This document shows, piece by piece, positions 29,281-38,870 of a stretch of DNA of 64,000 nucleotides. Below the pieces are notes generated by a model. That model was not told where the DNA came from and did not search any database. It saw only the letters and a list, made by a program, of their open reading frames with translations. Every line of letters starts with the position of its first letter. Position 1 is the stretch's first letter. Made by a program: the position numbers and the translations under genes. Origin of the DNA: Synechococcus sp. ChBW.bin.23 (GTDB taxonomy: Bacteria > Cyanobacteriota > Cyanobacteriia > PCC-6307 > Cyanobiaceae); the NCBI GenBank assembly GCA_037620855.1, contig JASJLK010000091.1, positions 13,589 to 77,588 of the forward strand, in the 5' to 3' direction.

Positions 29281-30461
29281 CAGGCTTCTCTCCTGGCTAA
29301 AGCTGCATCGACGGCCTGTTGCTGATCTCGCCTGGTGATCCAGTGGTGATAGGTGCGGGTATGGATTGCCACGGAATGTCCCATCATCCTGGCGGCCACG
29401 GTATCGGGAAGTCCGATGTGAATGGTGCGTACGGCCCAGGCATGGCGAAGGTCGTAGGGCGTGAGCGGAACGTCGTACCTCCTGAACTGCTCTGCAACGC
29501 GCCGTCCGACTTGTTGAAGTGTGGTGCGGCGGAGATCAGTGGAAACCGGAGGGAGGGCCGCGGCGTTCGAGGCGAGATGCGTCAAGTTGAAGCGATCTAC
29601 CCATTCCGGATGAAAGGGCCACACCTGATGCTCACCGGTTTTAGTGGTGGGAAGAACGCGGATCACCCTGTCTCCTCCATCCGCTAGAGCCGAAACATCC
29701 GTGAAAAACACTTCATGGTTGCGAAGTCCATAGGTGGCCATTAGTCCATAAACAAGACGCCAACCTGGATTGGGAATGCGCAGCATGGCCTCAAGAATTT
29801 GCGGGTCGCTGGGTAACTGCCGAAAACGCGCTCGGTGCAGGCCGTATCCCCCCGCCTCTGCACGCCATGCATTCGGAAGGGGAAGGTTTTGATGACGGGC
29901 GAGTGCCCCTAGAGCAGTGGAACACTGTTGGCGACTTCGGCTGCCATCGGGATAGCTGTTCAGCGTCAGGAGTAATAGGTCAGGAGTGAGGAGCGAGTGT
30001 GGTTCAAGAGCCAAGGCCTTGAGGCGCCGCAGGTAGGGCTGGTAGGCCCCGCTCCAAGTGGTGCGGCTTCCAGCGGGGGAGCGACGACGACGGGGGTCTG
30101 CGAAGAATGCTTCCTTAAACGTCTCCAGATCGCGATCCAGGGGATCGACCAATGCGCTTGATTCGCGTGGTGGGTTGCTGTTCTGCTGAACTTTTTGCTT
30201 CGGTAACCACTGGTCCCACTCAAAAAGCTGCCTTTGTAACTGCAGCTCCACAAGCTGAACGATGCGCTCAGTCTCTTTCAACCCCTTCAGGTCGGCTAGA
30301 AGCCCCAGACTCAGGCGCTGGGTTTTCCATTGGTTGGGTTGCTGTCGGCATGGCAGTCGTCCACGCAGATTGAGTTTTTGCCCTCGCCGTTCCACTCGAA
30401 GACCACAGCCCTGCTTGGCTAAGGCCGCGTTGGCGGCCACGATCGCGGTGTCGAAGTTCAT
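29280..30461 (-). CDS. Tyrosine recombinase / phage-integrase family protein
   Basis: YGLRNHE (Arg), PTTKTG (Lys), YDLRHAWA, MMGHS, HTRTY (Tyr). Confidence 0.9.
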   Translation of the reverse strand: MNFDTAIVAANAALAKQGCGLRVERRGQKLNLRGRLPCRQQPNQWKTQRLSLGLLADLKGLKETERIVQLVELQLQRQLFEWDQWLPKQKVQQNSNPPRESSALVDPLDRDLETFKEAFFADPRRRRSPAGSRTTWSGAYQPYLRRLKALALEPHSLLTPDLLLLTLNSYPDGSRSRQQCSTALGALARHQNLPLPNAWRAEAGGYGLHRARFRQLPSDPQILEAMLRIPNPGWRLVYGLMATYGLRNHEVFFTDVSALADGGDRVIRVLPTTKTGEHQVWPFHPEWVDRFNLTHLASNAAALPPVSTDLRRTTLQQVGRRVAEQFRRYDVPLTPYDLRHAWAVRTIHIGLPDTVAARMMGHSVAIHTRTYHHWITRRDQQQAVDAALARREA

Positions 30462-30532
30462 GGCCCTGTAAAGACAGCGTCACCATGACGTTGATCGGAG
30501 TTACGCTCAACCCCTAAAACAAAGAAATTTCC

Positions 30533-31708
30533 ATGTCTCGGGTAGGCATTCTTCTGCTCAATCTGGGTGGTCCAGAACGGATTCAGGATGTTGGCCCCTT
30601 TCTGTACAACCTGTTTGCAGATCCAGAAATTATTCGACTGCCCAATCCAATCCTGCAGAAACCCCTGGCCTGGTTGATCAGCACGTTGCGCAGTAATAAG
30701 TCGAAGGAGGCGTATCGATCAATCGGAGGAGGCTCTCCTCTTCGTCGAATCACCGAGCAGCAAGCGAGAGAGCTTCAAAGTCTTCTGCGCCAGCGTGGGG
30801 TGGACGCCACGAGCTATGTAGCCATGCGCTACTGGCACCCGTTTACTGAATCTGCCGTGGCTGATATCAAGGCTGACGGCATTGATGAGGTTGTCGTCCT
30901 TCCCCTCTACCCCCATTTTTCAATAAGTACCAGCGGCTCGAGCTTCCGCGAGCTCCAACGCCTTCGGCAAATGGACGAACGCTTTGAGGCGTTGCCTTTG
31001 CGCTGTATTCGCAGTTGGTACGACCATCCAGGCTATGTGCGCTCGATGGCTGAACTCATCGCCGAGCAGGTACGCGCCAGTGACGACGTTGAACAGGCAC
31101 ATATTTTCTTCAGTGCCCATGGCGTGCCAAAGAGCTATGTGGAAGAGGCCGGTGACCCCTACCAGCAGGAGATTCAAGCTTGCGCGGCTTTGATCATGGC
31201 TGAATTGGAGAACATTGTTGGCCACTCCAATCCCCATACCCTGGCCTATCAAAGCCGAGTTGGGCCGGTGGAATGGCTGAAGCCCTATACCGAGGAGGCC
31301 CTCGAAGAACTCGGCCGGGCGAAGACACAAGATCTAGTGGTGGTCCCCATCAGTTTTGTGAGTGAGCACATCGAAACGCTCGAGGAAATTGACATCGAGT
31401 ACCGCGAACTCGCTACTGAGTCAGGTGTCGTGAATTTCCGACGCGTTAGGGCTTTGGACACCTATCCACCTTTTATTGCTGGATTGGCTGATTTAGTCGA
31501 GGCCAGCCTTGAGGGTCCGGAAGTGAATCTTGACCAGGCGGCTGAACTGCCCACCACCGTCAAGCTCTATCCCCAGGAGAAGTGGGAGTGGGGTTGGAAT
31601 AACAGCTCTGAAGTGTGGAATGGACGCTTGGCCATGGTTGGTTTTTCCGCCTTCCTTCTCGAGCTGATCAGCGGCCATGGCCCACTGCATGCTGTTGGTT
31701 TGCTTTAA
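30533..31708 (+). CDS. hemH: Ferrochelatase with C-terminal CAB/Hli domain
   Basis: [32 protein letters not shown]; [15 protein letters not shown] motif. Confidence 0.97.
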   Translation: MSRVGILLLNLGGPERIQDVGPFLYNLFADPEIIRLPNPILQKPLAWLISTLRSNKSKEAYRSIGGGSPLRRITEQQARELQSLLRQRGVDATSYVAMRYWHPFTESAVADIKADGIDEVVVLPLYPHFSISTSGSSFRELQRLRQMDERFEALPLRCIRSWYDHPGYVRSMAELIAEQVRASDDVEQAHIFFSAHGVPKSYVEEAGDPYQQEIQACAALIMAELENIVGHSNPHTLAYQSRVGPVEWLKPYTEEALEELGRAKTQDLVVVPISFVSEHIETLEEIDIEYRELATESGVVNFRRVRALDTYPPFIAGLADLVEASLEGPEVNLDQAAELPTTVKLYPQEKWEWGWNNSSEVWNGRLAMVGFSAFLLELISGHGPLHAVGLL

Positions 31709-31768
31709 ACAGTGCCAATTGGTGAGATGGCCACTTAATCTTGAGGGTCAGATCCATATGAGGCAGCC

Positions 31769-33550
31769 GTGACCCTGACATCCGTTCCCACGGCCGCGGA
31801 TACGTTGGATTGGAACGGTCAACGCCGTATCACCGGCGCCCACGCCTTGATGAATGCTCTCAGGCTCCATGGCGTCGACACCATTTTTGGCTATCCGGGC
31901 GGTGCGATCCTGCCGATCTATGACGCTCTGCACATCGCCGAAAGCGAAGGCTGGCTGAAGCACATTTTGGTGCGTCATGAGCAGGGTGGCACCCATGCGG
32001 CGGATGCTTATGCCCGTGCCACTGGTCGGGTTGGCGTCTGTTTTGGAACGTCTGGCCCTGGTGCCACCAATCTGGTCACGGGGATTGCCACGGCCCAAAT
32101 GGATTCCGTTCCAATGGTGGTCATCACAGGTCAAGTCCCTAGGCCTTCGATCGGGACTGATGCGTTTCAGGAAACAGATATTTTCGGCATCACGTTGCCA
32201 ATCGTGAAGCACTCCTGGGTGGTTCGTGACCCAGCTGATCTCGCTTCCGTGGTGGCTCAAGCGTTCCTGATCGCTTCGTCAGGACGCCCGGGCCCTGTGT
32301 TGATTGATATTCCTAAAGACGTAGGGCAAGAAGAATTCGATTACGTCCCAGTTCAGCCGGGATCAATTCAACCTCCTGGGTTTAGGCAGCCAGCTAAGCC
32401 TGCGCTTCAGGCGGTGATCGATGCTCTTGCCTTGATTCGTGAGTCGAGCTGTCCCCTCTTTTACGTCGGGGGTGGAGCGGTCAGCGCAGGTGCCCATGAC
32501 AGCCTCCAAATCTTGGCTGAGCGCTTTCAAATCCCTGTGACCACCACGCTGATGGGTAAGGGAGCTTTTGACGAGAATCATCCACTCGCCTTAGGGATGT
32601 TGGGGATGCATGGAACGGCATACGCCAACTTTGCAGTCACAGACTGCGATCTATTGATCGCAGTTGGTGCCCGTTTTGATGACCGCGTGACAGGCAAGCT
32701 CGATACGTTTGCTCCCAAGGCCAAGGTCATTCATTTTGAGATTGATCCTGCAGAGGTGGGTAAAAACCGACGTCCCGATGTGGTCGTGCTGGGTGATTTG
32801 GGTCTAAGTCTTGCTCAACTTGTCGATCAGAGTCTCGAGCATTCCGCCGAGTCGAAGACCTCTTCTTGGCTGGAACAAATCAAGACTTGGAAGAAGCTTT
32901 ATCCGCTCACCATCCCTGTCAAGGAAGGAGCGATTTTTCCGCAAGAAGTGCTGTTGGCTGTCCGTGATATGGCCAGTGATGCCATCATCACGACCGATGT
33001 AGGCCAACATCAGATGTGGGCTGCGCAGTACTTGCGTAACGGGCCGCGTTGTTGGATCAGTAGCGCTGGATTAGGAACCATGGGATTTGGAATGCCAGCC
33101 GCTCTCGGGGCTCAGGTGGCGTTCCCGGATAAGAAAGTGGTGTGTATTGCTGGTGATGCAAGCATCCTGATGAACATTCAGGAACTCGGAACTCTGGCTC
33201 AGTATTCACTTCCTGTGAAAGTTGTGATTGTAAATAACCACTGGCAGGGAATGGTTCGGCAGTGGCAGGAAAGCTTTTATGAAGAGCGATATTCAGCATC
33301 TGACATGCTTAAAGGCATGCCTGATTTCAGTGCGTTAGCCAGGGCTTTTGGTGTTGATGGCGTCAAGATCACCGAACGAGACGATCTTCATAGCAAGCTC
33401 AGTGAAGCGTTTGAGTCACCTCGTCCGACCCTGATTGATGTTCATGTCAGACGCGGTGAAAATTGTTATCCGATGGTTCCGCCAGGAGCCAGCAATGCGC
33501 AGATGGTGGGTCTTCCCTCCCATCCTGAGTTGGCCCAGGATTCAAGATGA
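31769..33550 (+). CDS. ilvB: Acetolactate synthase large subunit
   Basis: FGYPGGA, RHEQG, TSGPGATN, GARFDDRVTG, GLGTMG, TPP-binding GDAS...NN. Confidence 0.96.
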   Translation: MTLTSVPTAADTLDWNGQRRITGAHALMNALRLHGVDTIFGYPGGAILPIYDALHIAESEGWLKHILVRHEQGGTHAADAYARATGRVGVCFGTSGPGATNLVTGIATAQMDSVPMVVITGQVPRPSIGTDAFQETDIFGITLPIVKHSWVVRDPADLASVVAQAFLIASSGRPGPVLIDIPKDVGQEEFDYVPVQPGSIQPPGFRQPAKPALQAVIDALALIRESSCPLFYVGGGAVSAGAHDSLQILAERFQIPVTTTLMGKGAFDENHPLALGMLGMHGTAYANFAVTDCDLLIAVGARFDDRVTGKLDTFAPKAKVIHFEIDPAEVGKNRRPDVVVLGDLGLSLAQLVDQSLEHSAESKTSSWLEQIKTWKKLYPLTIPVKEGAIFPQEVLLAVRDMASDAIITTDVGQHQMWAAQYLRNGPRCWISSAGLGTMGFGMPAALGAQVAFPDKKVVCIAGDASILMNIQELGTLAQYSLPVKVVIVNNHWQGMVRQWQESFYEERYSASDMLKGMPDFSALARAFGVDGVKITERDDLHSKLSEAFESPRPTLIDVHVRRGENCYPMVPPGASNAQMVGLPSHPELAQDSR

Positions 33551-33594
33551 AAGTGATCGGATTGCTTCACCATCACAGCCAGAGATCTGCATTT

Positions 33595-33975
33595 ATGCCC
33601 CGTTTGCCGAGCGCATCTCTGATCCGTTTTTGCGCCAGTTTTTTAGTTCTGTTGGTCGTGATTTTTGCTTCCCCATTGCCATCCATGGCAGCAGAAGTTT
33701 TGCAAGTGCGTTCGTCCACTCTTCTTCAGATTGGAGATCGCAACCGCAATTACAGCGTTCGTTTGGCTTGTGTTGCAGTCGATCCTGTCAATGAAGAGGC
33801 TGCTGTTGCTCTTTTAAAAAAAGCAGTGCCTCGACGCAAACGGGTGAACCTTCGTCCAGAGGGAAATGAAGATGGTGTTCTCATTGCCCGCGTTACCCCT
33901 CTCGATTCCGATCAGGATCTTGGCTTTTCATTGGTAACAGGCGGTTTAGCCACGCAAAGTTGCAACTCAGATTGA
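33595..33975 (+). CDS. Secreted thermonuclease (SNase)-fold protein, catalytic residues absent
   Basis: Signal peptide ending SMAA, VRLAC, LVTGGLA pattern; start moved to MPRLP. Confidence 0.65.
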   Translation: MPRLPSASLIRFCASFLVLLVVIFASPLPSMAAEVLQVRSSTLLQIGDRNRNYSVRLACVAVDPVNEEAAVALLKKAVPRRKRVNLRPEGNEDGVLIARVTPLDSDQDLGFSLVTGGLATQSCNSD

Positions 33976-33976
33976 G

Positions 33977-34195
33977 ATGGGAAAAAATCGCTTCGCTGCA
34001 GGCATCGTGATGGTGCCCTGCTTCCTTCTATCAGCTGCTTTTTTTAGTACAACGGTTTGGGGTGATGTTCCAGGAGAAAATCAATCTCTCGCCCTAGGAC
34101 TGGGAGGGTTGCTGTTGGCTGCAGGTTTGCTCGCCCTGCTGATCCCATCGACAAATACTGAGACAAAAGAGGACGAAACGGATCCATCTTCCTAA
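33977..34195 (+). CDS. Small two-TM 'GIVxVP' protein
   Basis: AGIVMVP motif followed by two TM helices. Confidence 0.75.
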   Translation: MGKNRFAAGIVMVPCFLLSAAFFSTTVWGDVPGENQSLALGLGGLLLAAGLLALLIPSTNTETKEDETDPSS

Positions 34196-34198
34196 GTT

Positions 34199-35476
34199 TT
34201 GGCAAAGAGCCGTTCTCTCATGACCCCTCCAGCTGAGGTCCCCATGAGTGACCGTGTTTCTGATTCGAAATTAGGGAACCTCTTGAAGCGTTTCCCCATT
34301 GGTCATGGCTTGATCGTGGCGGCAAGCCTGCTGGGATGCCAAGCCCTTGCTGCTAGCACGCAGGGGAAAGCCCCCGTGCTTGCGCTGTTGTCAGAAGAGT
34401 TGATGCCTGCTCATGCTGTTTTTCGGCAAGGTTTTGCTCTTGGGGAAGAGCAGGTTCGACAGTGTGGAAGTTCCCCCGCGGTTGTGGAGTGGCGCACGAT
34501 TGGTCTCGATGACAACCCGGCTTCATTTCTTGGTTCAAAGCGTTCTCTGGTGATCGCGCCTTTTGCAACGGAACTCTCTCGTTTTTCTCGACTGGCCCAG
34601 GACCACCAGCTCAATGTGATTCTTCCGTATCAACGCGGTGCGTCTTTAAATCAACTGGTGCAACTTGATCCTCAGGGATTGCTGCATCCTTTGAGCCCTT
34701 CCCAACAGTCTGAAATCGATCAACTGGCGTTCGACACGTTGGAGCAGGGATGGCGAAGAATCATGGTGGTTGCCGATCCGGCTGACCGCGCTGCAGGGAT
34801 GGCTATTACCTACACGGAGGCTTTCGAGCAACTAGGGGGCAAGGTCGAATCCTATGAGAAGTCCTTGGTGCAGCAGGTCAACGCAGACGATGCGTCCGCT
34901 GTGAGCCAATTGATTCAAGACGTGGCTTGGAAACGTCCTGCTGCCATTGCTCTGGCCGCTGATCCTTTCGGTCGGTTGGCGATGCTGTTGGATCAAGCGC
35001 AGAAGGATGGTCGGCTGATGGGAGCTTCGCTTGCGACACCGGCCAGGATCTGGCTGTTGCCTGTGACCCGTCTTGTTGCTGTTCCTCAAAGATCTTGGGC
35101 ACAATTGAGTCCTGATCAGTCGGCGCACGGTCCTGGTTGGTCTTCATTCGCAACGTCTTACCAGCAGCGCTGGGGACAGGTACCTGACCTGTTGGCGGCC
35201 TCAGGCTTTGATGCGGCTCGTGTTGTAGCTCTGGCCACGCTCGCTCCTGCGCCGTTGTCATCGGAAGGGCTCCGTGACCCCATCGCTTGGCTTGACCCAG
35301 ATGCTGAGCTGCAGCCTTTGTGTCAGGCGATTGCCCTGCGTCAGCAAGGCAAGCCTGTTCGTTTAGAGGGTGCCGCCAGCGATCTGGCATTAAGACCAGG
35401 ACAGATTCCCTCGGGACAGGCGACAACCAAAGTGATCTCTGCGCAGTCAGGGTCTAACCGTGACAGGAGTCTTTAA
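34199..35476 (+). CDS. Type I periplasmic-binding-protein-like (LivK/LppC-like) protein
   Basis: Hydrophobic N-region ending LLGC, FRQGFALG, LVIAP, FATSYQQRWG...AASGFDAA; start uncertain. Confidence 0.65.
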   Translation: MAKSRSLMTPPAEVPMSDRVSDSKLGNLLKRFPIGHGLIVAASLLGCQALAASTQGKAPVLALLSEELMPAHAVFRQGFALGEEQVRQCGSSPAVVEWRTIGLDDNPASFLGSKRSLVIAPFATELSRFSRLAQDHQLNVILPYQRGASLNQLVQLDPQGLLHPLSPSQQSEIDQLAFDTLEQGWRRIMVVADPADRAAGMAITYTEAFEQLGGKVESYEKSLVQQVNADDASAVSQLIQDVAWKRPAAIALAADPFGRLAMLLDQAQKDGRLMGASLATPARIWLLPVTRLVAVPQRSWAQLSPDQSAHGPGWSSFATSYQQRWGQVPDLLAASGFDAARVVALATLAPAPLSSEGLRDPIAWLDPDAELQPLCQAIALRQQGKPVRLEGAASDLALRPGQIPSGQATTKVISAQSGSNRDRSL

Positions 35477-35481
35477 AGCCT

Positions 35482-37149
35482 GTGTTGCGTCTTAGTGAAC
35501 TCCGTCTTCCTTTGGATCACGGCCCTGATGATCTTGAGCAAGCGGTTCTGCGTTGCCTGAAGATTCCACCGGCGCGTCTGGTTCGTTGTCAGTTGGTGAA
35601 GCGGAGTGTTGATGCGCGTCGCAGCGATCGTATTCAGCTGATTTATTCCGTTGATGTAGCAGTGGATGGAGAGGTGGCGCTGTTGCGGCGCAGGAACGGC
35701 GATCGAAGAATTCGTCCGACCCCAGACATTCACTACCGATATGTAGCTCAGGCTCCGGAAGGGAGCGTCTGGGACTCCGCGCAGCGGCCTGTGGTGGTCG
35801 GAGCTGGTCCGTGTGGTTATTTTGCCGCTCTCCTTCTGGCTCAGATGGGGTTTCGCCCGTTGTTGCTGGAACGGGGACAGCCCGTGAAACAAAGAACGGC
35901 CGATACGTTTGGATTTTGGCGTCGAACGGCTGAGTTCAATCCGGAATCCAATGCCCAGTTTGGCGAGGGCGGTGCAGGAACATTTTCGGATGGGAAGCTC
36001 TACAGCCAGGTCAGTGATCCTGATCATTACGGCTGCAAAGTCCTGGAAGAACTGGTGGCCTGTGGTGCAAATCGCGAGATTCTCACGCAGCACCGACCCC
36101 ATATCGGCACCTTCAAATTGGCCACGGTGGTGAGGGGGCTACGGGCCAAAATCGAGGCGCTCGGTGGTGAGGTTCGTTTCGACAGTCGGGTTGATCAGCT
36201 CTTGCTGGAACCCTGTGCTGGACCTCATGGTTCAGGTAAGTCCCAGCAAGTGGTGGGCCTTTCCTTGTCGGATGGGACTTCATTGCTCTGCCGTCAGGTG
36301 GTGTTTGCTCCAGGGCATTCAGCACGAGACAGCTTCCAGATGCTTCAGGAGGCTGGAGTGGCTCTTGAAGCCAAGCCATTCGCTGTCGGCTTTCGTATTG
36401 AACACCCCCAGGCCTTGGTCGATGAAGCGCGCTGGGGGCTGAACGCAGGACATCCACTCCTCGGGGCGGCGGAATATAAGCTCGTTCACCATGCTGAAAA
36501 TGGCCGTTGTGTCTACAGCTTTTGTATGTGTCCTGGCGGATTGGTTGTTGGAGCAACCTCGGAGAAGGGCCGGGTCGTCACCAATGGCATGAGCCAGCAT
36601 TCACGCAATGAGCGCAATGCCAACGCCGCATTGGTTGTTCCTGTGGATGAGGACGACTTGGCGGCCTATGCCGCCTGGCCAGGGGATCCCTTGGCTGGTC
36701 TTGCCTTCCAGCGTGCGCTGGAACACAAAGCGTTTGTTCTCGGGGGGGGTGATTACAGCGCTCCAGTGCAGCGGCTGCAGGACTTTTTGGCTGGACGCTC
36801 CACAACGGAACTTGGTGCAATCGGCGCTTCTTATCAACCTGGTGTGTCACCGAGTGATTTACGCAGCCTTCTCCCGACGCCAATGGTGGTGGCATTGCAA
36901 GAGGCTTTGCCTCGTTTTGCTCGTCGCATCAAGGGGTATGACCATCCAGATGCGTTGTTAACAGCAGTGGAAACGCGCACATCGTCACCCCTGCGCATTC
37001 CTCGTGACGAATATTTCCAGTCGATCAATACGGTTGGTCTTACGCCTGCTGGCGAAGGGGCTGGCTACGCGGGGGGGATCCTGTCTGCGGCGATTGATGG
37101 GATACGAGTAGCAGAGGCCGTGGGTTTGCGGCTGGCTTCCTCATGCTGA
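35482..37149 (+). CDS. NAD(P)/FAD-dependent oxidoreductase (HI0933-like)
   Basis: VVGAGPCG, GEGGAGTFSDGKL, FCMCPGG, GEGAGYAGGI. Confidence 0.85.
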   Translation: MLRLSELRLPLDHGPDDLEQAVLRCLKIPPARLVRCQLVKRSVDARRSDRIQLIYSVDVAVDGEVALLRRRNGDRRIRPTPDIHYRYVAQAPEGSVWDSAQRPVVVGAGPCGYFAALLLAQMGFRPLLLERGQPVKQRTADTFGFWRRTAEFNPESNAQFGEGGAGTFSDGKLYSQVSDPDHYGCKVLEELVACGANREILTQHRPHIGTFKLATVVRGLRAKIEALGGEVRFDSRVDQLLLEPCAGPHGSGKSQQVVGLSLSDGTSLLCRQVVFAPGHSARDSFQMLQEAGVALEAKPFAVGFRIEHPQALVDEARWGLNAGHPLLGAAEYKLVHHAENGRCVYSFCMCPGGLVVGATSEKGRVVTNGMSQHSRNERNANAALVVPVDEDDLAAYAAWPGDPLAGLAFQRALEHKAFVLGGGDYSAPVQRLQDFLAGRSTTELGAIGASYQPGVSPSDLRSLLPTPMVVALQEALPRFARRIKGYDHPDALLTAVETRTSSPLRIPRDEYFQSINTVGLTPAGEGAGYAGGILSAAIDGIRVAEAVGLRLASSC

Positions 37150-37959
37150 GGAGTCCGCAGCTTGACCAACGATTCCGCTCCATTGCACCGCTTTCACCTG
37201 ATCTCGACGCCAGGAGTGGAACAGGCTCGGCTCTGAAACGGTGCAGAGAGGGCAGAGATTGATCTGTTGCTCTGGTATTCCGCAGCATTGCAGCTGCTCA
37301 CGGGCGGCTAGACGAATATCGAGGCGACACTTGTTGGGGGCTGGATCGGGCAGAAGGATGCCCAGGGCTTCCAATTCGCTGAGCCCTAGAGATCGATCGG
37401 AATGGAGAGCTTGTCCTACCTGATCCGCTACATCGGTTTCTACCTGATAGAGCCCCCCACTAACCGCTGGACCTAGGGCCACAATCAGCTTTTCCGGCTT
37501 CGCTCCTCGCGTGGCTAGACGCCGTATTGCAGCAGGAAGAATGCCGCTGGCGACCCCTCGCCAGCCCGCATGACAAGCAGCAACATGGCCGCTGGTGGGG
37601 TCTGCAAGAAGAACGGGTGTGCAATCGGCGCCGCAAACCCAGAGACTTTGGCCACCACGGTCGCTGACTAAACCGTCGGCATCAGGCCAGGGAGAACCGA
37701 TCGCGTCTTCAGCATTCAGAACTCGGTTGCCGTGAACTTGTTGGGGCCGATGGACACTCACTCCCGCAGATAGATAGGCCGCTAAAGCATCAGGCCCGCG
37801 GTTTTGCCAAAGACGGGTAAAAAATCCATGCTCGAATCCTGCGGCCTGCATCGCGTCCGAGGTGAGGTAATAACCGCCGTAGCAGCCCACCCATGTCCAT
37901 TGCTCAAGAGTGTTGAAAAGATTGTCGGGTTGGCGGAACGGATCGGCAGCCCCGGTCAT
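37141..37959 (-). CDS. pgeF: PgeF/YfiH family (peptidoglycan editing factor / purine nucleoside phosphorylase-like)
   Basis: QVHG, ADC, HAGWRG, CT...FHSWRR; start at 37959 overlaps the Tab2 stop (ATGA). Confidence 0.9.
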   Translation of the reverse strand: MTGAADPFRQPDNLFNTLEQWTWVGCYGGYYLTSDAMQAAGFEHGFFTRLWQNRGPDALAAYLSAGVSVHRPQQVHGNRVLNAEDAIGSPWPDADGLVSDRGGQSLWVCGADCTPVLLADPTSGHVAACHAGWRGVASGILPAAIRRLATRGAKPEKLIVALGPAVSGGLYQVETDVADQVGQALHSDRSLGLSELEALGILLPDPAPNKCRLDIRLAAREQLQCCGIPEQQINLCPLCTVSEPSLFHSWRRDQVKAVQWSGIVGQAADSSA

Positions 37960-38870
37960 GGTTCTGATTGATCGCGCAACATCCAAAACCCTTCAAAACG
38001 TTCAGCTTCTGGTGAGGTTTGAACAGCGATGAACTGCAACCCGTCAGCTCGCTCAGAAGCTTGTGTTATCAGTGCTGAAACGTGGGTGGCTTCCTCGGAG
38101 CTGAGATCGCTCACGAGCCAGCAGTCATCCTGACCAGCATCTAGGAGAAGTTGGGTGCCGCTCACCCTCAGGCGCACAGGTTCAATCCCACCGAGGAGAC
38201 CAGCCAGGGCTAATCCCCTGGTTTTGCTGAACAGGCGTAAGCCGGGAATGACTTGACCATCGTGAATTGTGGTGGGAACTGGAAGCAGACCTCGGAATCC
38301 GATGGGCCATCCGGTGGCTTCACGTAAGGCTGAAGCTGGAAGTTCGGCCCAATTCCAGGCATCACCGCGGACCGACTCTGGTAAGGGACTAGGAGGCGTG
38401 CTTATGGGGACTGGCGGGGGAGCAAGAGGTCCTGCCATGTACCCCTCTTCGTTGGGGTAGAGATCCTCTTCGCGCTCAGCGATCCAATCGAACAAGGCGT
38501 AAGTGCGACGGCTTGGAACCATCTCGAGGCCCAGTTCAGAAGCAGCCCTCTGAACCATGGTGCGCATCGAGCTTCTCCACGAACGCAGCTTTCGGGGCAC
38601 GGACCAGCCTTGATGTTGGGCAGCTGCAATCGCTTCATTGAGAGCGCTGGTTAACCAGGTGGAGTTAACGCTGCCGGCTGGGCAACGTTTTTCGAAGCGA
38701 AAACTGGCGGTCGTTCCCTCGCAGGGGGAGCTGATGATCAGGAGCTCCCAACGTTTTTTGCCATCAGGTTCGAGGATGGGTCTGGAATAGAAATCGAGTT
38801 CCCAGTCGCCTGAAAGAATCCCGCTTGAACGTTCACTCGCATCGTTCTGGATCTGTTCGGCGGAGATCAT
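37956..38870 (-). CDS. Tab2/Atab2-family RNA-binding protein
   Basis: WELDFYSRP, KKRWELLI, VNSTWL, PSRRTYAL. Confidence 0.88.
   Translation of the reverse strand: MISAEQIQNDASERSSGILSGDWELDFYSRPILEPDGKKRWELLIISSPCEGTTASFRFEKRCPAGSVNSTWLTSALNEAIAAAQHQGWSVPRKLRSWRSSMRTMVQRAASELGLEMVPSRRTYALFDWIAEREEDLYPNEEGYMAGPLAPPPVPISTPPSPLPESVRGDAWNWAELPASALREATGWPIGFRGLLPVPTTIHDGQVIPGLRLFSKTRGLALAGLLGGIEPVRLRVSGTQLLLDAGQDDCWLVSDLSSEEATHVSALITQASERADGLQFIAVQTSPEAERFEGFWMLRDQSEP

Noticed and set aside
29280-30461. Integrase as marker of a prophage or genomic island
   Set aside because: No att-like repeats, tRNA, phage or cargo genes were seen, and it is coupled to housekeeping genes; recorded as a CDS rather than a mobile element.
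30478-30490. CGTCA-cca-TGACG palindrome between the integrase and hemH
   Set aside because: Only 5-bp arms; expected by chance without conservation data.
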